DNA of 64,000 nucleotides from Octopus sinensis (lineage: Eukaryota), in the NCBI RefSeq assembly GCF_006345805.1, contig NC_042998.1:166098001-166162000 (forward strand). Reading direction: 5' to 3'. The position numbers and the translations under genes were made by a program. The notes under the pieces are model-generated. The model was given only the letters and a program-made list of their open reading frames with translations. It did no database searches and had not been told where the DNA came from. Below are positions 24,801 through 37,800 of the stretch, piece by piece. The stretch's first letter is position 1; each line of letters opens with the position of its first letter.

Positions 24801-27800
24801 AATTCAACAAACAATACAACAATTCAGGAAATAACAGGTTTACAATAACAGGTTACAGTACTCTCATTTCAACTCACTCAAATACGATGACAACAGACAG
24901 TTCAGAAAATTAATGGAGTATTTCATTCTAATATTATTACACAGCAGACAGTATCAAATTGGTTTGCAGAATTTTGTTATGGTAACTTTGACCTCACAAA
25001 TGAGCAATGTGGTCAACCAGAAACAATGGTGGATAATAATGAGCTGAAAGCCACTGTCGAGTTAGATCCATCTCAAAGTGCCTGTGAATTATTGTTGTTT
25101 GGTGTTAGCAAGCAAACAATATTGACTCACCTAGTTCAAATCGGTAAAGTGAAAAAGTTGGATAAGTGGGTTCTACATGAACTCAATGAAAATCAGAAAC
25201 AGCAACATTTAGAAGCCTGCATTATGCTACTTTTTCATCACAAAAATGAATCATTTTTTAATCGAATTGTAACATGTGATGACAAATGGATTCAATAAAA
25301 CAACCGTAAATGTTCAGTACAATGATTGGACAAAGATGAGCCACCAAAACACAGTCCAAAGAGCAAAATTCATCAAAAGAAGCTGATGGTGTGTGTTTGG
25401 TAGTCTGGTGCAGGTGCGGTCCATTATGATTTCATTAAATCTGGCTCATCAATCACAGCTGAAGTACACTGCAGCCAACTGGACCAAATGATGCTGAAAC
25501 TTACGAAAAAAGCAGCTTGTATTAGTCAACAGATTCACTCCTATTTTATTGCAAGACAATGCCAGACCACACATTGCAAAATTGACACTGGCGAAACTAC
25601 AGGAGCTGGAGTTGGAAGTTCTCCATCGTTCACCATACTCACCTGATCTTGCCCCCACTGACTACCACTTCTTCTTCCAGAATTTGGATAACTTTTTGAT
25701 AGGAAAAAGATTTAATTCTGACAATGCTGTAAAACAGGCCTTCCAAGATTTTATTGTGTCCAGATTGCCAGCCTTTTACAGTTCTGGGCTGGACAAGCTG
25801 CCGCTGAAATGGCAAAAGTGTATTGACAATATGGGTGCATACTTTGGTGAATAAAACTATTCCTTGTATTTATAAAACATTAACAAACTTATTTTCTTTT
25901 CTACAAATTTCATACTAGATGACCTAATATATATACACACATGCTTGCTTGTGGAGGAAGTGGAGATTGCTCCTGGCCATTGTAAGCCCTCTGACTGGTG
26001 AGGCTGATATAATTAGTCATCAGCAGCTGCAGGAGCAGCATCATTTACTGGCCATGTTCCATGCTGGCATGGATTGGAAGGTTTGACAGTATCCATCAGG
26101 TCCAAAGACTATGTTGAGCTCCAATGTTTGCTTTGCCATAGTTTCCATGGCTGGGTGCCTTTTAATGACACCAATACTGGTGAGGTTTGCAATATTAAGA
26201 ACCCCTTTGAGTGAGAGGAGTGGCTTCATGTTATGGGAAGAGGGGTTAAAGGGTGATAGGTGTCAGAACAAAACAGATTTCGTGCTCTTGAGGATTTACA
26301 AGAGGGGTGAGAGTGGTCATGATGAAGTGGAAAGAGATTAAAATTGTGATAAGATATATCGGGGGGGGGGGGTAGGACTTGAAGATATGAGATGAATAGG
26401 AGTAGGGACAGAAGAACAGGAAGTGTGTGTGTGTGTAGAGGTTGCAAGAATGTATAGGGAGTGAGAAATAGTTAAACAATTGGTGAGAGAACTGGATGAA
26501 TAACAAGTGTTAAGGGCGATGTAGGGAAGTGTAGATGATAACTTGTGTAAGGCCTAGTGTGTTAGACACTATATAACTGATAATAGGAGACCAGACAGAT
26601 TAGTTAGGTAGGAGTGCAAATGTAGAGGTGCACACAAGCACACACACACATGACTGTCTTTTGCACAATTTCTGTTGATCCAAGGCTATAATGGTAGAAA
26701 GCACTTGCTTAAAGTATTGTGCAATATGATTGAATCTATGCATATATGGTTGTGATGTAAATTTCTTAACCACAAAGCCATGCCTGCTTCAAAAAGAAAG
26801 TCAATAAGGGCCGATCAATTTTTGGTGGTTTTACTCTAATCACTGAAAGTTAAAGCTTTTTAATCCGTCTGTCTACACTGATTTGTGGAAATTAAATAGT
26901 AATAATATATATGTATATCTTTCAAGTGTTATTTCTTCTTGAAAATTTACCTCTCTTCTTTCTTTGCTAATACAGATATACTGGTAAAAACAATATCCTT
27001 GCAATGCAGATTATGGGGAATGTTATATTGATGGTTTTCCTTTAGTTTGTTTCATTATCAAAATTGAGGATAACAGAGAGGATAATATATGTTTAGAACA
27101 ATTTTGAATTTTAAAAAATGTTTTATTTTTCCATTTTATTATTATGCTTAATAAGCATGAAAGATTTGCCATTCTGTTGTGATATTTTATGCCTAAAATC
27201 ATGCACTTGTTTTACTTGAAAACCCTCCAAAAATTCCTCCAGATTTGCCTTACTAAAAAGAAGTGTTTGATTGTGGGTACTAATTCTAAAACTTATATTT
27301 GTCTTGTGTGTTCTATTTTTTTTTTTTTTTAACATTATTGGAAGTCAAAAATAATTTTCATTTTATTTTACATTATATGAAAATTATGGATAGAATGCCC
27401 AAGTATATATAATATACTAGTGAAGTGCTGGTTATTGTTTTATGGGTTTATGAGTGCCTGCATAGCCCTTTTGTCCTAGGGCAACTTACTTAAAACTCAT
27501 TGCTGTAAAATTTCATGATTAATTTTAATTATCAAACAATGATAATAATTGTTGCTATGTTGTTGTGTAACCAGTAGCAATATATGACAGCAGTTAGGTT
27601 AAATAATGTTTATTAGTTTTAACTTAATCTTGTATAATATCAATGAAAGAGAGGTCAAATCATCTCGAGATAATTACTGAGGCTAATAATGTTACTCAGT
27701 GAAGAATACTCAAATCCTTTTAAAGTAAACGTTTACAGAATAACAACAAAATACTTGAAACACTTAGCTATTTTGTATTTTTAAAAAATATATATTTGTT

Positions 27801-30800
27801 GTAATAAATGTTTTTAGTTAATTTTATTTTGCTTAAACATTGATGTAAATGTTTTGAACTCTTAAGTTCACTATTATAGGCTGATCTTTATGCTGGAGCA
27901 CTCTTTATAAAACAAGCTTTGAAATGGGATTTGTACCTGTCATTGCTTCTGATTTTGCTAATTGCATCAATATTTACCATTAGTGGTAAGTTATGTCTAC
28001 TTAATCTTTCATCATCATCATTGTCGTCATCATTGCTGTCATTGTCATCATCATCGTCATCATCAACATTGTCGTTGTCAAACTCAACATCGACAGTGAT
28101 GTTGTTAGTTGTTTAGTCACAGATCAATCTGGATTAAGCAGACCTTATGATCAGAGGCTTTCCAGCTGTGACCACTCTGTTTTATTGTGTATCAGGGACT
28201 ACATGGTACATGTCCTTCAATTTTCAAGATGGAAAGGTGTGATTCAAAGGAATTTGGCAACAAATTCTAGCAGGTTAAATGACTTAGCATAGGCTCTCTT
28301 GTCAGCATGTTGTTTAGCCCCAGGTCAACCCTGATTAAGTAAACCTATGATTAAAGGCATTCTAGCCATTATCATCACGTGTGTATAGATCGGAGACTAA
28401 GTTACCCTTTATTTTTTTTCTTTTAAAACAGTAGGATGTGGTTTGAGGGAGATTTCGCTGTTATTTCTAGCAAGTTCAGTAATCATACAGAGGCTCCCTC
28501 ATTGGCTTGTCAGTAGTAATGAAGTTATCAGTGATATCATAGTTATTATTATTGTCTGATATTTGATTATCATCATCCTGAGTAATTTGTCAGAAGATTG
28601 TCAAGTATATTGTCCCACTTTTAGTCTAGTGCAATAGTTGTCAACCTCTTTTGCTCACTTTATTTTCAAATTTAACCACCCCACACAAATAACTAAAATA
28701 AGGAACTTTGAAACTTGCTATTTTATTTTCTGTGATCCTTGACATGGATGTTTTTCTTCTAAATTCATAATATTAGGTACTTAATTCTTATTTCACCCTT
28801 TTTTGCATACATCCAGTATATCTCTTCCTTTATTAGTTATTTATTCAATGAACTAAACTCAATTTCAACTATATACAAAATTAGAAAACAGACAATTATT
28901 TTGGCCATTTCAGTCTATAATTTTGGATTTAATGTTTTACAGTCTTTTAATGACTAGAATTCAGTCTTTCCTACTTTATAACGAATGTATTTGCTTTGTA
29001 ATTCAATTAATTCTTCTTGAATTTCTTCTTCAGCTGAATGAACATCACAATTAAATGGGTCCAATCATCCATGGTTTTACTTCAAAGAAAAATATATCAG
29101 AATGTTTTGTTCCCGTCACTTTTAAAAATTATAAATGTCCAGGATATGTTTCAAGAGCCATTTTGTTAAGTGGAAAACGAATTTCTGCCAGCTCAAGCAT
29201 GCTGTGAAATATGTTTTTATGTAAATTTGCTTGGAAAATTTCTAATTTTTCAGTAAATGATTTCAAAATTAATTTTACACTCAATCAACAAATTAATTTT
29301 CCTTGAATTTCAAGTGATAACTCATTAAGCTTTTGAAATCTCCAAGATAGATAATATATATTCTTTTTGTTTTCTTATTTCTTTGTGAGCACTTTCTTCA
29401 CTTTCTAGAAAGTTAACAATGGTATCCGAAAGTTTTATAAATCTTGCTAAACAGTCTCCTCTGGAGAGCCATCTGACGTCCATATGTAAAAGAAGAAATT
29501 TCACATACCCGTTCATTATGATCAGAACCAGATTTCTTGAATGTGTGATTATATTTGCTAGTGGTTTGTTTTAAGCTTTTATAACTAGCTAAGTGAATAA
29601 AAATGTGCCTGTGAACAATGCAATGATTCCAGGACATATTTTTTCCTAATGTGCTATGAAGCTGTTATGTCTTCAAACATTGAGGTACACCATCAGCTGC
29701 AATTAATATGAAATTTCCTAATGGAGTTTTTTCATCAAACCAGAATATAGAAATAGATTCCCCAGTAGCGATAGTTTTAGGCATTTGGCATATAATATAT
29801 AAATTTCTTTGATTTCACTTCTCATTGGAAAAATGTGCACACATCTATATGAAAGGCCTTGTTATTGACAATTGTTAATCAGAAACCTCAAATGAAAAAC
29901 AAGCTTTGTTTGGCCTTTCATCCAGTTAGTCTTTGTTCATAGACATTTCATCAATTTGTTTTCAAACTGAATTGCTGCATAATGGTAAACTTTTAAAGAT
30001 ATCTGAAGGATTTTTATACATTATAGTAGGTTTCCTGACCTTCTCAGTAATTACATGACACCAACTGCTTTTGCAATCTTGTAATGCAGCAAAAAGAATC
30101 AGCCAGATCTGTATATCCTTTCTCACCACTTCATCCTACATCTTCCTGAGTCTACCTCTTCCACATTTTCCCTCTACAATTAGAGATTGGATCTTTTGTG
30201 CAACTGTCTTCATTCATATGCATTACATGACTGTACCAATGCAGCCTTCTCTCTTGCACTCTACATCTGATGCCTTGTATACCAAGTTTTTCTCTCAAAT
30301 CACTTACACTCTGTCGTATATGCACAGTGATCTTACAGAAGAAAATTATTGCCATCAATTTTGTATCTAAAGACTACTAAAGGCACACTGAAAATAATAA
30401 TCTCTTAATTATTTCAGCAGCGCAAGCCTAATTTTAACTTGAAGTAACCTCATTCTTGCTTTCTTGAAATAGGTCAATATTCTTGAAGTAGGCCAATCTT
30501 TCTTGAAGTAGGCTAACCTTGCTTGTATCCTTTGCTTTAAGCTTTGCAACATTTTACATTTGCATATGTATTAGTACTCCTTGTTAATAAATTTCTTTCA
30601 TATAAGAAAGAAAGCAGGCAAAGTTATTTTATTCTTAGGAAGCAAAAGGACTAATTGACTGATTAAAACACCATTCGGGTATGATCATTGCCAGTGCTGC
30701 CTGACTAATGCCCATGCCAGTGGAACATAAAAAGCACCATTCAAGCGTGGTCAGTGCCAGTGTTGGCTGACTGGTCCCATGCCAGTGGCACGAAAAAAGC

Positions 30801-33800
30801 ACTCACTACACTCTTGGAATGGTTGATGTTAGGAAGGGTGTTCAGCTGTAGAAACTTTGCCAGATCAGATTAGAGCCTTGTGTAGCCCTCAGTCAAACCA
30901 TCCAACCCATACCAGAATGGAAAGCGGACGTTAAACGACAATGATGATGATGGCTTGAAAAATGACTTGAAACAAAGGACAAACATACAAATTAAATAAC
31001 AATACAGCACTAAAAAAAACTTATAATAAATAATACTAGCACTAAAAAAATAACACCTATTTTTGCATCTAATTAGGTAAGAACTGAACATTGAATGTGT
31101 ACCATTATAGCATAGTTTGAACGACAACACTAGTCTGTTGCGCTTCAGATTGGTCAATTCCCTTTAATATCATAAACTACATAACACGCCCTTAAAAAAA
31201 TGTTTCAAAATCTTGATGAGCAAGTTGAAAATAATTCAATTGTAATTGTTTCCTTAATAACTTCCCTGCCATCTTTTCACTCAAATTTCTTCCACCTTTG
31301 TTAAGAAATTCTAGTCTGGTGCAAAGGACATTTTTATGAAATGAAACTATGAAAATTCTTCCTTCCTCTTTGTGTCTGCCATTTATTTTCATGGAATATC
31401 TGCTTTCACATGATATACATGAATTTAAATAAATATTTAAAAAGAAATTGTCAACAAAGACAATCACTAATTATTACCTATTTACATACATACACACATT
31501 CTTGTGTAGACAAAACTTTAATACACCTTAATATAGATTATAGGTATCCACACACATACACACACAGATCCTTTCTGCTTTAGTTTTAGCTCTTACAGTC
31601 TCTGCTATAATATTTTTCTAAGACTGTAATATTAATTGATTTCATTTTCTGTCAGTCTTATTCCTGTTGATAGGGCCAGCATTGTTTTCTTGTAGATGCC
31701 AGAATCAGTAGAACATTTGATAAAATACTTTGAGGTATTTAGTTATCCCCCTTTAAATTTTGACCTCAAATCTCACAAAGTTCCACTTTGCTTTTCATTT
31801 TTCCAATGTCAATAAAATAAAGTATGAGTCAAATACTGGAGTTGATGCTTTCTTGTTACAATGCTATTTCTTGACTGTCTTGTAATAGGTTCCAAATTTG
31901 CTAAAATGTAAGACTATGAAGTTTATCTATATTCAAGTTTATATAAACTGTTTAGAGGGGCTCTCATGTCTTGTTAATTGTAATATAGTTTCTTTTGGAA
32001 GCTTTCCTGGAAAGAGAATGTATACTGTATCCTAAGAAGGTGTTCAGTTCTGTACAGTTTTGGTGTTTTTTTCTGTATATCTATGGTAGTCAATTCTGTA
32101 TATGTTTATAGTGAGGAAGGATAAAATCTGTTGAATGTTTGACAGAATAGTTTATGCAGTAAAAACAGAAGAAGAAAAAGAAGTTATGTTCTAAGGTTGC
32201 CGTAAGGGCATGAAATATTTCGCTTTCCTCTGAATATTAGCTATTTCCAACTTGTGACTTAACTTTAGAAATATTACATTTCTAAATATCTCAGAGAGAG
32301 ATATAAGCAGTAGTGGACGATTGAGTAGTTGTATACTGTCAACTTAATGTGACAGTCCCATGAAGGGAATCACACCACTGCTATTTATCCCTAGGAAGCA
32401 TCACTGCTTCTTGTCAGCCTTAACACATTTCTTGTGTCCTTATGTTTACAAGGGGGAGACAAGCACCCCCACCCAGCTAAGCCTGCATTCAGAGACTAGT
32501 TTCTGAGTCTTTGCTCGTCATCAGTCTGGAGTAGCATGGCTTGCTAGCTGGAGATGCTTGTCTAGGCCTTGTAAACATATAAGAATTCTAGTAAAATAAA
32601 TCCACTGATTACAAAAAATAGAAATATTATATTTCTAAATATCTCAGAGAGATATAAGCAATATAGTCTCTGGATGTAGACTTAGCTGGGTGGGGGTGCT
32701 TGTCTCCCCCTTGTAAACATAAGGACACAGGAAATGTGTCAAGGCCAACAGGAAGCGTTGATGCTTCCTAGGGCTAAATAGCAATGGTGTGATTCCCTTC
32801 ATGGGACTGTCACATTAAGTTGACAGTACACTACTACTCGACTTAACTTTAGTTTTAGTTATAATGTATTGACTCTGGTGCAAAGTACCTGAATCACTTT
32901 AAATTCTATTAATTATATTCAAATATAAGAGCAGTGGATTAGAAGAATTATTAGAGTGTCACACAAAAATGCTTTGTGATTTTTTGCTCCCACTCTTTAT
33001 TACATTCAGAGTTAAAACCCCACTGAAACCAACTTTGCCTTTTATCCTTTTGGCCTCAAATATAAAATAACAAACTGATATGCCAGTAAAGTTCTAGGGA
33101 AATACGGCCAGCTATTCCCCTCTCCCCAAATTTCAAGTGTTGTGCCAATGTAAGAAATTATTATTGACCATTTTATTTGTTCCTGTACTGGTCATATGAT
33201 TCTTTTAGTGCTAATTGGTAAATTTCTTAATATTACATTGCTATATGACATTGTTAAATATTTGTCTCCCCACCCAACATATTGTTAATATTTGTTTATA
33301 TATTTTGTTAAGGTGGACTGACAGCTGTAATATGGACTGACTTCATGCAGTGTTTCATTATGCTCGCTGGTGCTATAGCCCTTATGGTTTTAAGTAAGTA
33401 CAACCAGTATATATTCATGTGTTTTTTTTTTTTGTGACTCATATTTGCATGTATTTAAACTGGCTATATCCGGCCAAAATAGTTAATCTGTTTTATGTTT
33501 AAACTGACCAGATCCAGGCTCTCACACCTACCCTACAATGTTATTCTACATTAAGTAATTACACCATCAAGATCTTGAAGATATGAGATAATGCATGATT
33601 AATTCAAATCAATGTGAATCAATAAGCATTATGTTTGATAGAATAATCTGAACACTAAAGGGTTAATTTGACTATAAACTGGGAACACAGTGTCTCTATA
33701 CTAGTGATAAGTATATAAAAAAAAAACTAGTGGTTTGCTTTTTTTTTTATAAGAAGTGAAACTTAATACTCAGCTTCTATTTACATCATATTTGATTTTG

Positions 33801-34789
33801 AGAGACCCTGACCTCTACCATGGTATATTCCAGTACTAGCTTAAAAGTTGCACTGTGTGTGAACTTTTAAGCTAGCTCCTGTAGAGGGCTAATTGTGCCT
33901 GTAGCCCAAAACTAAGGAGAGCGATAATAATGAAGCATTTATTGGTACCTCATGAATATGGTATTACCCTGCCAATATGGTATTACTTTAAATTCAGTTT
34001 AAATGACACAAAGTTTTGCAAGCACAGGAGTGGCTGTGTGGTAAGTGGCTTACTTACCAACCACATGGTTCTGGGTTCAGTCCCACTGCGTGGTACCTTG
34101 GGCAAGTGTCTTCTACTATAGCCTCGGGCCGACCAAAGCCTTGTGAGTGGATTTGGTAGACGGAAGTTGAAAGAAGCTCGTCATATATATGTGTGTGTGT
34201 CTGTGTTTGTCCCCCCCATCACTTGACGACCGATGCTGGTGTGTTTGCGTCCCTGTAACTTAGCAGTTCGGCAAAAGAAACCGATAGAATAAGTACTAGA
34301 CTTACAAAGAATAAGTCCTGGGGTCTATTTGCTCGACTAAAGGCAGTGCTCCAGCATGGCCGCAGTCAAATGACTGAAATAAGTAAAAAAGTAAAGTTCT
34401 TTTAAAATTTGAATTTTAAAAACTGTTAGCATATAACAAATCCTCATTCAGACCTGACCCCAATGGTAAATGTTCAAGTACCAAATGAAGGGCAGATTTT
34501 CAATCCTAGAGCAAATGTAGACTGTGATACAAGGGTCCTAGACGGATGAACCAACAGAATTTTGTGTTTATTATTATAGGTATACATATAATCATTAGGA
34601 TTCACCAGCTCTTTTGTCTGTACTCACAGGAGGTAAATTCAGCACTATAAATCCACTGAAACTTTGGTTAAATTTACACTGAACAACAACACACTATGGC
34701 TTTTAGTTAAAGCTAGGTAAACTGAACTGTTAAGAGCTAAGTATTTTGTGGCATATAGAACAGAATATGTACTGAAGTTATTAAATACC

Positions 34790-34820
<31 letters not shown>

Positions 34821-37800
34821 ACGGGAAGCTTTATGAAAATAGACAAAAGACGAAGGCAGGTGGAAAACAAACAAACAATTGTATTAGTATGGCGCTCAGG
34901 AAATATAAATAAAACAAGTCTTTAACGTTTCGAGCCTACGCTCTTCAACAGAAAGATACACAGAGAGAAAAAAAACACAGAAAGAAGGAGAGAAAAAAAT
35001 GTGTGCAGTAACTAACGAATCAACATGGCGATCTGATTTCGGCCAGAGGTCAAAGATCAAACATGAGACGCGTATATATATGTATATATATTTAGCCAGC
35101 TGAGGTGGATTCCATTTTTTGCTCTATGATTTTAAAATATAGTAATATATTATCACAGTTGCTAACTGCATATCTGTCTTTTTAAATATGTATTTTACTC
35201 TCTATTTTTAAACATTTTTTTTATCTTTTGGTTTATTTTATTTTCTATTTGTTTTAATTAAAAAAAAATTTATCTTTGTTTTTAAAAATATTTTCTTAAA
35301 TTCTTTTTCCTTTGAAATTTTATTTATATTAGTCTCTTGTGTTGAAGTTATTGTTAAAGATTATTAGCTTAGGCTATCTTCCAGAAAATACTTTTTCAAG
35401 AAGTTATATTCTTTATATTATTAAATAGCTTATAACATTGCCTTTTTGACTGAACTGTCTCACTTTCTCAGTGAGCTGGCACAATTGTTAGCATGCTGGG
35501 CAAAAAACTGCTAAGCATTTTGCCTTCTTTTATATTCTGAGTTCAAATGTTGCTAAGGTTGACTTTGCCTTTCATCCATTCAGGATTGATAAAATAAGTA
35601 CCAGATGAGTGCTAGGGATCAATGTAATCGACTTACTCCTCCTCTAAAATTGCTGGCTAGTGCCAAAATCTGAAACCAGTATTAAAAGCACATCAGAGGC
35701 AGCAAGCTGACAGAATCGTTAGCACATCAGGCAAAATGCTTTGCGACATTTCATCCGTCTGTACATTCTGAGTTCAAATTCCACTGAGGTTGACTTTGCC
35801 TTTCATCCTTTCAGGGTCGATAAAATAAGTGCTAGTTGAGTACTGGGTGGGGTCATGGTAATTGACTTAACCCCCACCCCACAAAAATTGCTGGCCTTGT
35901 GCCAAAATTTGAAATCAGTATCATTGCCATTGTTGCCATTGTTATTTTAATTGCTACGTTTCCATGTTTGCATGAGTCAGATGGAATTCATTGAGGCAGA
36001 TTTTCTAAGACTGGACCCCCTCCCCTTCCTGTTGCCAAACCTCTCTTGTTTCCAAGCAGGGTAATATTTCTGTCAGTGGACATGTTTACGTGGAAGATTA
36101 GAAAGGAATACATGATGATGATACTCATGTACAACTAACATGAGATGTCAAGGTGAGGAAGGATACACACCCACACACACCCAGCCGATTACTGCTACTA
36201 CTAGAACAATAGCAACATTTGTCATACTTTGGTTCCATATATGTCATGATGCTGATGAGTGATGCATTCATTTAAACTAATTAGGTTAGATGAGATAAGA
36301 CAAACTTATTTTCTAAAATATGCTATCTTAGAGCTTGTGTCCTTTAAATAGTATTTAGAAGTGACATATTTCTTCTAAATACTATTGAAAGGACAGTGAC
36401 TGGAGTGTGAGAGTAGTAGAGGGAGAAGTTATGAAAGAGTGGTAGTGCTGGAGAAGAAACTGTAATAGCAATCATGCTTGCCCATCTGAGAGACCCATTG
36501 ATGTATGCTAACAGGTACAGATTATGGCAAAAGTGAGTGATGGATGAGAGCAACAAATGATTTAGAGGAGCAACAGTGATGGCTTGCAGTAAAAAACAAA
36601 AACAAAAAAAAGATGGTTGAGTATAATTAGATATGAATGTATTAAATGCTTTTCCTAAATTGTCTCTCACTGACGACATTGTTCCAATGTATATATGAGG
36701 GTGGGCTGAAATGTTCATAGGCTCACTCTGGAGTTATGCTAGAACTGTGAATTCTTGCCTGCATTAATCTCAGCTGTTTTTATTAATAACTGCATTGTTT
36801 CTTTCTAGGTAAACTGACTGTTCAAAGAAGACTTCAAAAGTAACTAGTTGTGACTTCTTGAAAATGGACAAAATTTGGTATCATGGTGTTATCAAGTATC
36901 TGCAGAAAAAAGGTTTAGCCCCCAAGAACATTCATACTGACATGTTAGTTACATTGGGGGATGACACTCCAGCTGTGTCAAGAGTGCAAAAGTGGGCAGC
37001 TGAATTTAGGAGGCGTAGGGAGAGTCTTGCAAATGACTCAAGATCTTGATGTCCTGTAACTGCCGCCAATGAGGAAAATATTGTGTTCACCACATGGTGA
37101 CAGATGACAAGTGATTGTCTATAAATCAAATAGCCAATGTTGTTTTGTTAGCATATCCTGTGAAAGAGTCGAGAGTATTCTGCACAATGAACTTGGCATG
37201 ACAAAGGTTTTTGTTTGGTGGATGTCACATCTTCTAACACCTGATCAAAAGTGCACCAGGTTGATCCCATCACAGGAAAATCTGACATTGTTTTATGCAG
37301 ATCCAGCTGGTTTCTTTGAATGTTTCCTACCCCAAGATAAGTGTTGGGTTCATCACTTTGAGCCAGAGACAATCCATGCAGTGGAAACACCCAACCTCAC
37401 TTGCTTCAGAGAAGGCCTAAGTTGTTTCATCGGCAGGGAAGGTGATGGCTTCAGTTTTTTGGGATGCAAAAGGCATTGTGTTTATTGACTATTTTCAAAA
37501 GGGCCACACCATCAATGGTAAGTACTATACTAACGGCCAGGAAAACTGACAAAAGGGGTTTTGTTTCATCAGGACAATGCTCTAGCACACAAGTCCTTAG
37601 TTTCAATGGCTACTGAGCACGACTGTGGCTTTGAACTGGTTGATCAGCCTCCCTATTCTTCTGATTTGGCTCCATCTGACTATCATCAGTTCCTCCGTAT
37701 GAATAAACACTTGGCTGGAAACCAGTATCATAGTGATGATGTCATGTCTGCTTTTGATAACTTTCTGACTAGTAGAATGAAAGTTTCATCACCAATGGGA

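Noticed and set aside
36663-36695. CTGACGA followed by the hairpin cattg-ttc-caatg
   Set aside because: No GAAA or stem III follows, either before or after the mariner inserted here.
36344-36718. Minus-strand 124-aa ORF
   Set aside because: It starts inside the mariner TIR, has no motif or splice support, and mirrors a purine-rich plus strand.
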